Shown here in pieces: positions 40,459-50,369 of a stretch of DNA of 64,000 nt. Source of the stretch: Cyanobacteriota bacterium (GTDB lineage Bacteria; Cyanobacteriota; Cyanobacteriia; Cyanobacteriales; Nostocaceae); NCBI GenBank assembly GCA_046045965.1, contig JBJOKS010000003.1:165127-229126 (forward strand), given 5' to 3'. The notes beneath the pieces are model-generated. The model was not told the DNA's origin. It saw only the letters and a program-made list of their open reading frames with translations, and made no database searches. Each line of letters opens with the position of its first letter. Positions within the stretch are counted from its first letter, which is position 1. The position numbers and the translations under genes are program-made.

Positions 40459-41946
40459 ATGAATTTACGGGAATTATTAGCGGCTGTAGACGGTGTAGAA
40501 TATCCAAACTCTGCGGATGTGGAGGTTAAGGGGATAAAAACTAACTCCCATGCTTGCAGTGTAGGAGATTTGTTTATCGGGATGCCAGGAACTAGAGTAG
40601 ATGGGGGTGAGTTTTGGCCAAGTGCTTTAGCTGCTGGTGCGATCGCTGCTATTATCTCACAGGAGGCGATCGCCAAATATCCACCTACACAGTCCGAAAT
40701 GGTGTTCAGTGCTGGTAACATGAATAAAGTCTGCGCTCAAATTTCTGCGGCTTTTTATGGTTATCCTGGACAAAAACTAAAGATGGTGGGTGTTACCGGC
40801 ACGAATGGTAAAACCACAACTACCCATCTGATTGAATATTTTCTCACGAAGGCTGATTTAGCAACGGCTTTGTTAGGAACTCTTTACACTCGCTGGCCTG
40901 GTTTTTCCCAAACTGCGGCTTTTACTACTCCTTTTGCGGTAGACTTACAGCACAATCTAGCTCAAGCAGTTGATGCTGGTTCTGAGTTTGGGGTGATGGA
41001 AGTTAGTTCTCATGCTTTAGCACAAGACCGGGTTTTTGGTTGTCCCTTTGAGGTGGCTGTATTTACTAATCTTACCCAAGATCATCTTGACTATCACAAG
41101 GATATGGAGGATTATTTTGGGGCTAAGGCTTTGTTATTTAGTCCTGATTATCTCCAAGGTAGAGCTATTATTAATGCTGATGATGAATATGGTAAACGTT
41201 TAATTGCTGGTTTAGATCAAGAACGAGTTTGGACCTATAGCGTTAATGATAATACTGCTGATTTTTGGATGAGTGGTTTAAATTATCAGCCTACCGGTGT
41301 TAGCGGTATTTTACATACTCCTAACGGTGATGTCGCTTTTAGTTCTCCTTTGGTGGGACAATATAATTTAGAAAATCTTTTAGCTGCTGTTGCTGCGGTT
41401 TTACATCTGGGTTTAGATTTACAATTAGTGGCACAATCTATACCTGATTTCCCTGGAGTGCCGGGAAGAATGGAACGAGTACAAATTAGCCATGACCAAG
41501 ATATTAGCGTAATTGTAGACTATGCTCACACTCCTGATAGTTTAGAAAATTTACTGAGAGCCGCTCGTCCGTTTATACCAGGAAGAATGATTTGTGTGTT
41601 TGGTTGTGGCGGTGATAGAGACAGGACAAAACGCCCGAAAATGGGCAAAATTGCCGCAGAATTAGCTGATATTGCGGTAGTAACGTCAGATAATCCCCGC
41701 ACAGAAAACCCTGATAAGATTTTAGAGGATATTTTGGCAGGTATTCCCGATTCTGTGCAACCGATGGTAATTGGCGATCGCGCAACTGCAATTCGTACCG
41801 CTATACTGGAAGCAAAACTCGGTGATGGTGTATTATTGGCAGGTAAAGGCCACGAAGATTATCAAATTCTGGGGACTGAAAAAATTCATTTTGATGATCG
41901 AGAACAAGCACGGTCAGCTTTACAGGAAAGAGGAGTCAGGAGTTAG
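40459..41946 (+). CDS. murE: UDP-N-acetylmuramoyl-L-alanyl-D-glutamate--2,6-diaminopimelate ligase
   Basis: GVTGTNGKTT, MEVSSHAL, NLTQDHLDYH, DYAHTPD, SDNPR, AGKGHE. Confidence 0.97.
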   Translation: MNLRELLAAVDGVEYPNSADVEVKGIKTNSHACSVGDLFIGMPGTRVDGGEFWPSALAAGAIAAIISQEAIAKYPPTQSEMVFSAGNMNKVCAQISAAFYGYPGQKLKMVGVTGTNGKTTTTHLIEYFLTKADLATALLGTLYTRWPGFSQTAAFTTPFAVDLQHNLAQAVDAGSEFGVMEVSSHALAQDRVFGCPFEVAVFTNLTQDHLDYHKDMEDYFGAKALLFSPDYLQGRAIINADDEYGKRLIAGLDQERVWTYSVNDNTADFWMSGLNYQPTGVSGILHTPNGDVAFSSPLVGQYNLENLLAAVAAVLHLGLDLQLVAQSIPDFPGVPGRMERVQISHDQDISVIVDYAHTPDSLENLLRAARPFIPGRMICVFGCGGDRDRTKRPKMGKIAAELADIAVVTSDNPRTENPDKILEDILAGIPDSVQPMVIGDRATAIRTAILEAKLGDGVLLAGKGHEDYQILGTEKIHFDDREQARSALQERGVRS

Positions 41947-41993
41947 GAGTTAGGAGTTAGGAGTCAGGAGTTAGGAGTCAGGAGTTAGGAGTC
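41931..41993. repeat. STRR heptamer tract (AGGAGTY)9 overlapping the murE 3' end
   Basis: Nine tandem units; supplies the last codons and the stop of murE. Confidence 0.9.
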
Positions 41994-42119
41994 ATAAAGA
42001 AAGTAATATATATTCTCCCCAGTCCCCAGTAAAGAGTCCCCAGTAAAGAGTCCCCAATCACTAATCACCAATCACCCAAAATCAGCTAGATTAACTTATA
42101 GGATAAGAGAGGGGCAAAT

Positions 42120-42641
42120 ATGCCAAGAACACAGAAAAACGATAATTTTGTTGACAAGTCCTTTACCGTTATGGCAGATATTATTCTGAAAATGCTGCCA
42201 ACTAACAAAAAAGCAAAGGAAGCTTTTGTTTATTACCGAGATGGAATGTCAGCACAAGCTGAAGGTGAATATGCTGAAGCACTGGATTATTATGAAGAAG
42301 CCTTAACTCTAGAAGAAGACACCAACGATAGGAGTTATATTTTTTATAATATGGGTCTGATTTATGCTAGTAATGGTGATCATGATAAGGCTTTAGAATA
42401 CTATCACCAGGCTGTGGAGTTGAATCCTCGTTTACCCCAAGCTTTGAATAACATCGCTGTGATTTATCATTTTAAGGGTGAAAAGGCTAAGGAAGAGGGT
42501 GATAATGACGCTGGTGAAGCTCTTTTTGACCAAGCAGCAGATTATTGGATTAGAGCAATTCGTATGGCTCCCAATAATTACATTGAAGCACAAAACTGGT
42601 TAAAAACTACCGGGCGATCGCAAATTGACGTATTCTTTTAA
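42120..42641 (+). CDS. ycf3: Photosystem I assembly protein Ycf3
   Basis: [23 protein letters not shown]...[14 protein letters not shown]...[14 protein letters not shown]. Confidence 0.97.
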   Translation: MPRTQKNDNFVDKSFTVMADIILKMLPTNKKAKEAFVYYRDGMSAQAEGEYAEALDYYEEALTLEEDTNDRSYIFYNMGLIYASNGDHDKALEYYHQAVELNPRLPQALNNIAVIYHFKGEKAKEEGDNDAGEALFDQAADYWIRAIRMAPNNYIEAQNWLKTTGRSQIDVFF

Positions 42642-42695
42642 TTTGGTCATGGGTAATGGGTAATTGGTAATTGGTAATTCATAATTATGTATTTA

Positions 42696-42737
42696 CTGTC
42701 ACCTGTCACCTGTCACCTGTCACCTGTCACCTGTCAC
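42696..42737. repeat. STRR heptamer tract (CTGTCAC)6
   Basis: Six perfect units. Confidence 0.92.
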
Positions 42738-42757
42738 CTATTTCCTACTCCCTGAAA

Positions 42758-43048
42758 ATGATAGATCGTGAACAAGTCCACAAAGTCGCTAATCTCGCTC
42801 GGTTAGAATTAACACCAGAGGAGGAAGAGAAATTTACTACTCAGCTTGGTAGTATTTTAGAATATATCGAGCAACTGAGCGAGCTTGATGTTGCTGATGT
42901 ACCTCCCACAACCAGAGCGATTGATGTTAGCAATATCACAAGAGAAGATAAGTTACAACCCTATCCTGACAGAGAAGCTATCCTCAGCAGCGCACCTGAA
43001 CAGGAAGGTGATTTTTTCAAAGTTCCTAAAATCCTCAATGCTGATTGA
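42758..43048 (+). CDS. gatC: Asp/Glu-tRNA amidotransferase subunit C
   Basis: [18 protein letters not shown]...FFKVPKIL; start moved to ATG 42758. Confidence 0.95.
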   Translation: MIDREQVHKVANLARLELTPEEEEKFTTQLGSILEYIEQLSELDVADVPPTTRAIDVSNITREDKLQPYPDREAILSSAPEQEGDFFKVPKILNAD

Positions 43049-43132
43049 ATAACAATTAGAAGCAATAACTTTTTTGGGGTGGGAATATATCTCACCCTGA
43101 TTTTATGCTTAGATTTGATTAAATGCCCCTAC

Positions 43133-43153
43133 AAAAAAACCTGCTTTCGCAGG
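43133..43153 (-). terminator. Rho-independent terminator downstream of pirA
   Basis: Minus strand CCTGC-GAAA-GCAGG followed by T7. Confidence 0.75.
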
Positions 43154-43200
43154 ACTGGACACAACAAAACTATGAAATCTAAAAATTTTACTTGACCGTA

Positions 43201-43356
43201 TTAGCTATAATAAGCTTGTTCTGCTTCAAGTAGACGAATTAGGTTTTCGTCTCCTTTGGATCTAGCTACTTCTAAACGGTGTTTTACGCTTTTTTGAATA
43301 TTCTGTCTGTGTGCTTCTTCAGCTTTTTGAACTGCTTGTAGTCTATTAATACTCAT
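43201..43356 (-). CDS. pirA: PII-interacting regulator of arginine synthesis PirA (51 aa; below the ORF-track cutoff)
   Basis: MSINRLQAVQKAEEAHRQNIQKSVKHRLEVARSKGDENLIRLLEAEQAYYS; HRLEVAR.KGD.NL..LE.E motif; GAGG RBS; NtcA box upstream. Confidence 0.82.
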   Translation of the reverse strand: MSINRLQAVQKAEEAHRQNIQKSVKHRLEVARSKGDENLIRLLEAEQAYYS

Positions 43357-43414
43357 AGCGATAACCTCTTGACGTTGATTTTGATGTCATGTTTTGTTAA
43401 CATAACACATTTTT

Positions 43415-43430
43415 TGTAGTTGTTGTTACA
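43415..43430. promoter_or_regulatory. NtcA binding site
   Basis: TGTA-GTTGTTGT-TACA, a perfect GTA-N8-TAC. It lies about 10 bp upstream of a minus-strand -10-like TATGTT (43399-43404), i.e. in a repressor position for pirA. Confidence 0.8.
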
Positions 43431-43455
43431 GAAAAAATTTAATAATTGTAAATCT

Positions 43456-44253
43456 ATGAACCAAGCAAAAATCCTGACTTTACTGAGTGATTTTGGATAT
43501 GATGATGTGTATGTAGGGGTAATGAAAGGTGTAATTTGCCAAATTAACCCAAATTTGACGTTAATAGATGTAAATCACCAAATTCCACCGCAAAATATCG
43601 CCGCAGCTAGATTTTCCTTGATGAATGCTTATCCTTATTTTCCTAATGGTACGGTACATTTAGCAGTGGTAGATCCGGGGGTAGGTAGTCAAAGGAGAGC
43701 GATCGCATTAAAATTAGCTCAAGGTTATCTTGTCGGACCAGACAACGGTATTTTTAGTGGTATAATTGCTGAAAATCCGGTAATTACAGCAGTAAAATTA
43801 ACAAACTCTGAATATTGGCGAATATCTCAACCTAGCAGCACATTTCACGGTAGAGATATTTTTGCACCTGTCGCTGCACATTTAGCAAGTGGTGTATCTC
43901 TGCAAGAGTTAGGAACCCAAATAAATCCTGAAACTTTGGTAAAATTGGATATTGGGGAATGTCAAATTATAAATAATGGTGTACAAGGTTGTATTCAATA
44001 TATAGATCACTTTGGTAACTTAGTCAGCAACATTCCCGCGAGTTATGTAGAAGGAAGAACTTGGTGTGTACAAATAGCAGGTTTGACTATACCAGGATGT
44101 GCAGCTTACAGTGATGTGGAAGTTGGGGAAGTTTTAGCTTTAGTTGGTAGTCACGGTTGTGTCGAAATTGCGATCAATAGCGGTAATGCACAGATACAAT
44201 TGCAAATGAAATATTTAGATAATTTACAGGTCTTGTTTTTGGAAGATTGCTAA
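43456..44253 (+). CDS. SAM hydrolase / SAM-dependent halogenase family (DUF62)
   Basis: TLLSDFG, VVDPGVGSQRR, GPDNG, STFHGRDIFAPVAA, IDHFGN. Confidence 0.9.
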   Translation: MNQAKILTLLSDFGYDDVYVGVMKGVICQINPNLTLIDVNHQIPPQNIAAARFSLMNAYPYFPNGTVHLAVVDPGVGSQRRAIALKLAQGYLVGPDNGIFSGIIAENPVITAVKLTNSEYWRISQPSSTFHGRDIFAPVAAHLASGVSLQELGTQINPETLVKLDIGECQIINNGVQGCIQYIDHFGNLVSNIPASYVEGRTWCVQIAGLTIPGCAAYSDVEVGEVLALVGSHGCVEIAINSGNAQIQLQMKYLDNLQVLFLEDC

Positions 44254-44302
44254 TTTATACTAGAAAATATGTTTCGCGCAAAGGCGCTAATGCAAAAGGT
44301 AA

Positions 44303-44630
44303 GTCTCTGACTCACAACATGGTAAAATAACATTGATCAATTTTGTCAGAATCAGGATGTCCAGGATTTTAGATTACAGATTTTTGACTTAATTTATTAT
44401 TCTTTAAAAGGAGGAAAAAAAGAATTTGACTATCTTTGCACCAGGATTTTTGATATTGATTGTTTTTTATGAGTGTGTGAGTTTTCAATCTGACCCTATA
44501 TGCCGACACAGATTCCCACTATAATTTAATGATAACCTAAACTAGAAAAAATTGTCAAGAGGGTTTTCACAATATTTTTAGATAATGAAATCCTGTAAAT
44601 CCTCAAATCCTGGACATCCTGATTCTGACA
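44303..44630. mobile_element. Composite MITE-like element, diverged copy 3
   Basis: AGTCTCTGACTCACAAC; TGTCAGAATCAGGATGTCCAGGATTT ... AAATCCTGGACATCCTGATTCTGACA terminal inverted repeats; homologous core. Confidence 0.7.
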
Positions 44631-44687
44631 ATTAATGAGAATTAAAATGTTAAAATAAATAAACAAATAACGACTTGGTATCATATC

Positions 44688-44843
44688 ATGATGATTACTC
44701 AAGAATTAGCAGCAAAATTGCGGGAATTAAATATTAACCCAGATACAATTTAGATACCATTGAAAATGGATGTTGGGTCTAAATAAACCCTTTCCTATGT
44801 TTTCGATGATTTTATAACGTCCTGTAATGATTCTACCGATCAT
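44688..44843. pseudogene. Gene scar: Uma2-like C-terminal tail (+) and Ser/Thr kinase N-terminal stub (-)
   Basis: Plus strand 44688-44753 MMITQELAAKLRELNINPDTI*. Minus strand from 44843 MIGRIITGRYKIIENIGKG, then loss of kinase similarity. Confidence 0.5.
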
Positions 44844-45021
44844 CAGATTCACCCCTCTACCCAGAATATCATATACCTATTTTAAATCATTAGCGATCGC
44901 AATTTTACGGAATACTGAAAAATTAGATCCCCCCAACTCCCCTTAAAAAGTGGGACTAAGAGTCAGGGTATGAGATAGAATAGCTATAGAAGTCTGTTAA
45001 ACATATCATCCATTATTAAAT

Positions 45022-45681
45022 ATGACGACACAAACATTATCTACACCAGAAGTCTATCAAGGACAGTTTGGAGAATTTACAATTACCAAGAGCGATCGCA
45101 CAGGTGTTATCATTTATCGTACAAGTCTAATGATAGCTGCAATTAGTTTTGCTATTGGTAGCGGTTTAGCCTTATTTTATCCTCACGAACCTGCTGCTAT
45201 TCAAGCTATTACTCCCCTTTACACCTGTTTTAGTTTAGCTTTGGGAGTGAGTTTATTAACAATTCACATCTATATGAAATTACTGCACCAAATTCTCCAG
45301 CTTTTCTGGATAATTGGTAGCATTTCAGCTTTGATTTTCGCACATTTTGACAGTCAACATTTTGCGATTACTATTTATAATCAACCTCTGACTTTATTCG
45401 GAATTGGTTTTACTTTTGCAGCATTAACAGGAATCTTTTTTAAAGAAGGTTTTTGTTTTCATCGGTTAGAAACTAAAATCTTAACTCCCCTTGTTCCTTT
45501 ACTTTTATTAGGACATTTAACAGGAATTTTATCAACTCAAGCCGAACAGATTTTATTAGGAATTTGGGCAATTTTATTCCTAGTCTTTGCATTGCGGAAA
45601 ACAGTCCAAAATATTCCTGATGATATAGGTGATAAATCAGTATTTGATTATTTAAAAAATCAAAAATTAGCCAAACAATAA
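45022..45681 (+). CDS. DUF2301 family membrane protein
   Basis: YQGQFGEFTIT..DR.GV..YR, IHIY, FKEGFCF, DDIGDKSVF. Confidence 0.85.
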   Translation: MTTQTLSTPEVYQGQFGEFTITKSDRTGVIIYRTSLMIAAISFAIGSGLALFYPHEPAAIQAITPLYTCFSLALGVSLLTIHIYMKLLHQILQLFWIIGSISALIFAHFDSQHFAITIYNQPLTLFGIGFTFAALTGIFFKEGFCFHRLETKILTPLVPLLLLGHLTGILSTQAEQILLGIWAILFLVFALRKTVQNIPDDIGDKSVFDYLKNQKLAKQ

Positions 45682-45756
45682 ACTCTTCCCTCTGCGTCCT
45701 CTGCGTCTCTGCGGTGCGGTTAGTTAAAAAAATATATAAAGAAAAAGGAAAAATAA

Positions 45757-46893
45757 TTGATACAAGAAAGAGCATATTGGTTAGCTTGGTCGCAAATTTC
45801 GGGAATTGGACCAATATTCTTACAAAGATTAAACCAGCATTTTGGTAAATTAGAAACAGCTTGGAAAGCGAGTCCTGCGGAATTACGAAAAATTGAAGGT
45901 TTTGGTTTTCAAACTTTAGAAAAAGTTGTGCAACAAAGAAGCAGAATAAACCCAGAACAATTACTTATTCAACATCAACAAATAAACCCCAATTTTTGGA
46001 CACCCGCAGATGCAGAATATCCGCAATTATTAAGAGAAATTCCCACACCTCCAGCAATTTTATATTATCGTGGTGAAGTTGATTTACAAGAAAATGCAGC
46101 ACAAAAACCCCTAGTAGGAATTGTGGGAACTCGTCAACCTACAGAATATGGAATTAAATGGACTCGTCAAATTAGCACCGCTTTAGCAAAAAATGGTTTT
46201 ACTGTGGTTTCTGGTATGGCCGAAGGAATAGACACGGAAAGTCATACAGCAGCAATGAAAGCGGGAGGTAGAACTATAGCGGTTGTGGGAACTGGTGTAG
46301 ATGTTATTTATCCCTATAAAAATAAAGATTTATATCAACAAATTTTAAAATCTGGCATAGTTATTAGTGAATATCCTGCAAAAACTACACCTAACAGGAC
46401 TCATTTTCCTCGTCGAAATCGTATTATCGCAGGGTTAAGTCGTGCGGTATTAGTAATGGAAGCGGGAACAAAATCAGGTGCTTTAATAACTGCGAATTAT
46501 GCAAATGAATTTTGTCGTGATGTGTACGCTTTACCGGGAAGAGTTGATGATGAACCATCCCAAGGATGTTTAAAATTAATTACTCAAGGTGCAGGTTTAA
46601 TAAATCAACAATTAAATGAATTATTAATCATGTTGGGTGCTATGCCCCAAATAGATGTAGAAACTCCTCTTTTTAATTCTGTTCCTTTACCTCAACCTAC
46701 TCAACCTCAGTTAGAACCAGAATTACAACAGGTAATAAATACTTTAGCTGTTGATGCTTTACCTTTTGATTTTATTGTTCAAAAAACAGGTATGGATGCT
46801 GGTTTAGTTTCTAGTTCTTTGTTACACTTGGAATTAATGGGTTTAGTTTCCCAACTTCCCGGAATGCGATATCAGAAAATAGGTGACAGGTGA
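45757..46893 (+). CDS. dprA: DNA-processing protein DprA
   Basis: IVGTR, VSGMAEGID, FPRRNRIIAGLS, SGALITA; C-terminal winged helix. Confidence 0.95.
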   Translation: MIQERAYWLAWSQISGIGPIFLQRLNQHFGKLETAWKASPAELRKIEGFGFQTLEKVVQQRSRINPEQLLIQHQQINPNFWTPADAEYPQLLREIPTPPAILYYRGEVDLQENAAQKPLVGIVGTRQPTEYGIKWTRQISTALAKNGFTVVSGMAEGIDTESHTAAMKAGGRTIAVVGTGVDVIYPYKNKDLYQQILKSGIVISEYPAKTTPNRTHFPRRNRIIAGLSRAVLVMEAGTKSGALITANYANEFCRDVYALPGRVDDEPSQGCLKLITQGAGLINQQLNELLIMLGAMPQIDVETPLFNSVPLPQPTQPQLEPELQQVINTLAVDALPFDFIVQKTGMDAGLVSSSLLHLELMGLVSQLPGMRYQKIGDR

Positions 46894-46941
46894 CAGGTGA
46901 CAGGTGACAGTGTAAGAGGGAATAGGGAGGAAAATTAGAAA

Positions 46942-47310
46942 TTATGACTTTTCCCCATATTCCATTCCATTAGCTTCAGCGTAACGGTGCAGAAAACGCA
47001 TAATTCTATCAAAATGATCGTCCCGTTCTACTTCAAATTTACAATCTACCCGTTTTAATTCATCTCCTTCATCCCCACCAAAAATAAACTTTGTTCCCGT
47101 AGGAGTAACGCGAATTTCTCCTTCTTCATCTGTTAATAATAGGGAATTTAAAGACTGTTTTGTAAAACTATTAAAACCGGATAAAGCTTTTAATTGTTCA
47201 AATTGCATCAAAACAATGCGTTTACCAGTGCGGGTTTCCCGTCGTAAACTCACATTACTAAGTTCTTCAAACAAACCTGCAAAAAATTGAATTGATGGAG
47301 AAGTTGTCAT
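46942..47310 (-). CDS. psb28: Photosystem II assembly factor Psb28 (Psb28-2 type)
   Basis: SIQFF.G..E, LTDEEGEI, RIMRFLHRYAEANG. Confidence 0.88.
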   Translation of the reverse strand: MTTSPSIQFFAGLFEELSNVSLRRETRTGKRIVLMQFEQLKALSGFNSFTKQSLNSLLLTDEEGEIRVTPTGTKFIFGGDEGDELKRVDCKFEVERDDHFDRIMRFLHRYAEANGMEYGEKS

Positions 47311-47313
47311 AAT

Positions 47314-47348
47314 TAGTTGATAGTTGATAGTTGATAGTTGATAGTTGA
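47314..47348. repeat. STRR heptamer tract (TAGTTGA)5
   Basis: Five perfect units. Confidence 0.9.
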
Positions 47349-47400
47349 TAGTTAATAGAGTTAAATTCTCCTTGAACTCCTGACTCCTGACTCCTGACTC

Positions 47401-48987
47401 CTATCTTGGAGGATAATATTGTGGAGTCATTACAGGAGGTTGATAAGCACCCATAGGTACATTATTAATCATGCCATTAGGTACTGCTGGATTTATAAAC
47501 TGGGGTTGAATAAAAGGTGGAACAGGTTGAATGAAAGGTTGAACTGGTTGAACTGGTTGAACTGGTTGAACTGGTTGAACTGGTGGCTGAAAATTATTTG
47601 ATGGTTGATTATTTGCAGGAGTGCGGGGTGTGGAAGCAGCTTGACTAAAGTTTTCATAAGCGGCTTTAGAGATGGAATTGATCAGTTTTTCCGCAGTAGG
47701 ATCATTATGGGGACGTTGTACCATGACAGCGGCTATGTAACGCTTACCAGTGGGGATATCAATTAAACCAGCATCTCCTAACATTGTACCAATATCACCG
47801 GTTTTATGATATGCTCTAGCGCCTTCTCCTAACCCAGAAGGTAACAGATTATCTCTTTGGGTGCGACGCATAATATCTAACATTAAATCACGCGATCGCA
47901 TACTTACAATATTCCCTTGATTCACCTTAGCAATTAAATCTCCTAATTCTTTCGGCGATGTGGTATTTGTGCCTTGTAAATCTGGTAAGGGATTACGAAT
48001 CATTGTAGTTGTTAATCCCCAACTGCGAAAACGCCCATTTAACACTTCCTGGCCTCCCAGTCTAGTGATGAGCATATTTGTTGCAGTGTTATCACTGATA
48101 GTCATCATTTTCGTGGCTACATCTAGCGCCGTGTATTGACTACCTACAGGTTTGGTGCGTAAATCACCAGAACCTCCTGCAACCATTTCTTTTTCCATAG
48201 TCAGCATTTCATCGAGGCGAATTTTTCCGGCATCAACATCCTGGAAAAAAGCAACTAAAATAGGGATCTTAATTGTGCTGGCTGCTGGAAAACTAGCATT
48301 ACCATTAATATCTACATAGCCACCCGTATCTAAATCCACCATGAATACCCCAGGAATTAGATTTGGGTTGGCTGTGGCTAAATTTTGTACAGTAGTTTTT
48401 AAAGGGATAATTTCTTGGGATAGGGATAAAGCGGAAGTGTTTACAGAGTTACTAGGATTAGATTGGTTAACATTGGTCTGAGATGAGGACGCGGATGTTG
48501 TAGTGATGCGATTAGCAGGGTCTAATATTGACAACAGCGTGCCAACAATTGCGCCTAATCCGATGCCGACAATTAACAGGCGGAAGGTATACAATATGGT
48601 TCTAGCCATAGGCTTTAACCGCGTTTTCCGCGATGGTTGCCTGTTGATTTTTAGCTTTCCCTGTTTTTGTACACGCACTGTTTTTAATTTCCCATTACCC
48701 GGTTGTGGCATTTTTGCCTGGGGTTTAGGGATGGGTTTAACTACTGTAGGCATAACTACTTTGGAGGGTGGTCTTCGCCCCTCAGTCGGAACATTGGTAG
48801 AACTGATATGATTATTTAGCCGCGTTAGTGCCACAGTTTCGCCTCTGTTTGCACCCTGTTGCTGTTTCTTGACTGGTTTTTGTTGTCCTGCCTTTTGGGC
48901 TTGGCTTTGGACTTGGCGTGGACGGCGACGACGCTGGGAAGGCTGCCGCCTTGAGACAGCTATTAATTTGTCACTTGATTCTGACAC
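47401..48987 (-). CDS. Membrane-anchored serine hydrolase (class A beta-lactamase/PBP-like fold)
   Basis: PAASTIK (SxxK), ISDN (SDN), HKTG (KTG); basic N-terminal region, one TM helix, Pro/Gln-rich tail. Confidence 0.85.
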   Translation of the reverse strand: MSESSDKLIAVSRRQPSQRRRRPRQVQSQAQKAGQQKPVKKQQQGANRGETVALTRLNNHISSTNVPTEGRRPPSKVVMPTVVKPIPKPQAKMPQPGNGKLKTVRVQKQGKLKINRQPSRKTRLKPMARTILYTFRLLIVGIGLGAIVGTLLSILDPANRITTTSASSSQTNVNQSNPSNSVNTSALSLSQEIIPLKTTVQNLATANPNLIPGVFMVDLDTGGYVDINGNASFPAASTIKIPILVAFFQDVDAGKIRLDEMLTMEKEMVAGGSGDLRTKPVGSQYTALDVATKMMTISDNTATNMLITRLGGQEVLNGRFRSWGLTTTMIRNPLPDLQGTNTTSPKELGDLIAKVNQGNIVSMRSRDLMLDIMRRTQRDNLLPSGLGEGARAYHKTGDIGTMLGDAGLIDIPTGKRYIAAVMVQRPHNDPTAEKLINSISKAAYENFSQAASTPRTPANNQPSNNFQPPVQPVQPVQPVQPVQPFIQPVPPFIQPQFINPAVPNGMINNVPMGAYQPPVMTPQYYPPR

Positions 48988-49169
48988 TGCTACTCCTTGT
49001 TACCCACTCGACTGTTTTGTTTGTCAACTTTCGACCCAAAACTAAATATTATTATGCACCCTGATACTCAGTTCACTTTCTGGGACTAAGTAGCATTTTT
49101 TTGTTTAGTGTAAGTCATAATTAATCTTTTTGGAAGATGATACCTGAAAATATACTTCCATCATAATCT

Positions 49170-49922
49170 CTAGTTTTGGATTTGACTGTGATTTTTAATT
49201 GCCCATTGTACTTGTTTGATAATACCTCTAAGCATTGCAACTTCCGTGGTTTCCAGGTGAGCGCGGTTATATAAATGGCGGAATTTTTCCATCCGACTGG
49301 CTGCTGTATGAGGATAAAGATAACCTACGGAAAGTAGTAGAGATTCTAATTCCTGGTAGTAGGGTTCGACAACATCTAAGGGAGCCATTTCTGTTGTCGG
49401 TATTTTCTCAGTTACAAAGTTTTCTGCTAATTGTGATAATTCGTAACAACAGATAGAAACCGCCGTAGCTAAATTTAAGGATGAGTATTCGGGATTTGTA
49501 GGAATAAATACTAACTTTTGGGCATAATTGATTTCTTGATTTGTTAAACCCCTATCCTCTCTACCAAAAATTAATGCTGTTGGTTTTTCCTGTTCTGCTA
49601 ATAACCAGGGTAAGGCGTTACGGGGGTTTTCTATGGGTAATTTTCCATCATAATCTCTACCTATTGTAGCGATCGCACGGGTACATCCTTGTAATGCTTC
49701 TGGTAAGGTGTTTACTATGACCGCAGATTCTAATATTTCTTTGGCGTGAACTGCCATTTTTAAGGCTTCAGAAGATGTGCGATCGCATTGCGGATTTACT
49801 AATATTAAATCAGATAAGCCAAAGTTTTTCATCACTCTGGCAATTGAACCTACATTTAATTCTCCTGCTGGTTCTACTAAGATAATTTTGATTTTCGATA
49901 AATTTGTTTTTTCTGTCTTCAT
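49170..49922 (-). CDS. TrmJ/LasT-family SPOUT RNA methyltransferase
   Basis: NVGSIARVMKNFG, IFGREDRGLTN, SSLNLATAV. Confidence 0.9.
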   Translation of the reverse strand: MKTEKTNLSKIKIILVEPAGELNVGSIARVMKNFGLSDLILVNPQCDRTSSEALKMAVHAKEILESAVIVNTLPEALQGCTRAIATIGRDYDGKLPIENPRNALPWLLAEQEKPTALIFGREDRGLTNQEINYAQKLVFIPTNPEYSSLNLATAVSICCYELSQLAENFVTEKIPTTEMAPLDVVEPYYQELESLLLSVGYLYPHTAASRMEKFRHLYNRAHLETTEVAMLRGIIKQVQWAIKNHSQIQN

Positions 49923-50007
49923 AAAAAATCAGGGAGTCAGGAGTCAGGAGATAAAGGAGAATTTAACACAATTACCAATTACCAATTACCAAAAAAAGTT
50001 TATTTCA

Positions 50008-50202
50008 TTAAATCATCTTGTGCAGGTTCACCAGGAAAAAAGCTATCTTTGAGATTTCCTCTATTAAGTTTAATAAGTCTAAATCATGCCATTGTTGGTG
50101 ACGTAGAAGGTTAGCTTGTTGTTGAGTCCATTGATAAAAATCACTTTCATAGAGATTGTTTTTCAGGTTTTCTCCGGTTGGTTGAATTTTAGGGGTTTGC
50201 AT
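50008..50202 (-). pseudogene. Truncated DUF29 family gene
   Basis: LYESDFYQWTQQQANLLR....LDLLNLIEEI, then similarity is lost after about 50 aa. Confidence 0.7.
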
Positions 50203-50232
50203 AATCAAAACCTGGTGAACTGTAATAATTAT

Positions 50233-50347
50233 AATATAGCAATCCTGTTTGATTTATGAATGGATTTTTTTTAATGAACCGCAGAGACGCAGAGAGCGCA
50301 GAGGTGTAGAAAAATAGGTGTTCTATATTATTTAGGATTGCTATATT
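50233..50347. mobile_element. MITE with 14-bp perfect terminal inverted repeats
   Basis: AATATAGCAATCCT ... AGGATTGCTATATT, with a nested CGCAGAG repeat. Confidence 0.7.
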
Positions 50348-50369
50348 CTGACTCCTGCCTCCTAGATTC

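Noticed and set aside
43456..44253. DUF62 protein as a fluorinase or chlorinase
   Set aside because: It retains the Asp/Arg/His pattern (VVDPGVGSQRR, TFHGRD) typical of SAM hydrolases, and there is no biosynthetic cluster context.
47401..48987. Antibiotic-resistance beta-lactamase
   Set aside because: A membrane-anchored protein of a kind common in cyanobacteria, in core context. The fold alone does not imply resistance.
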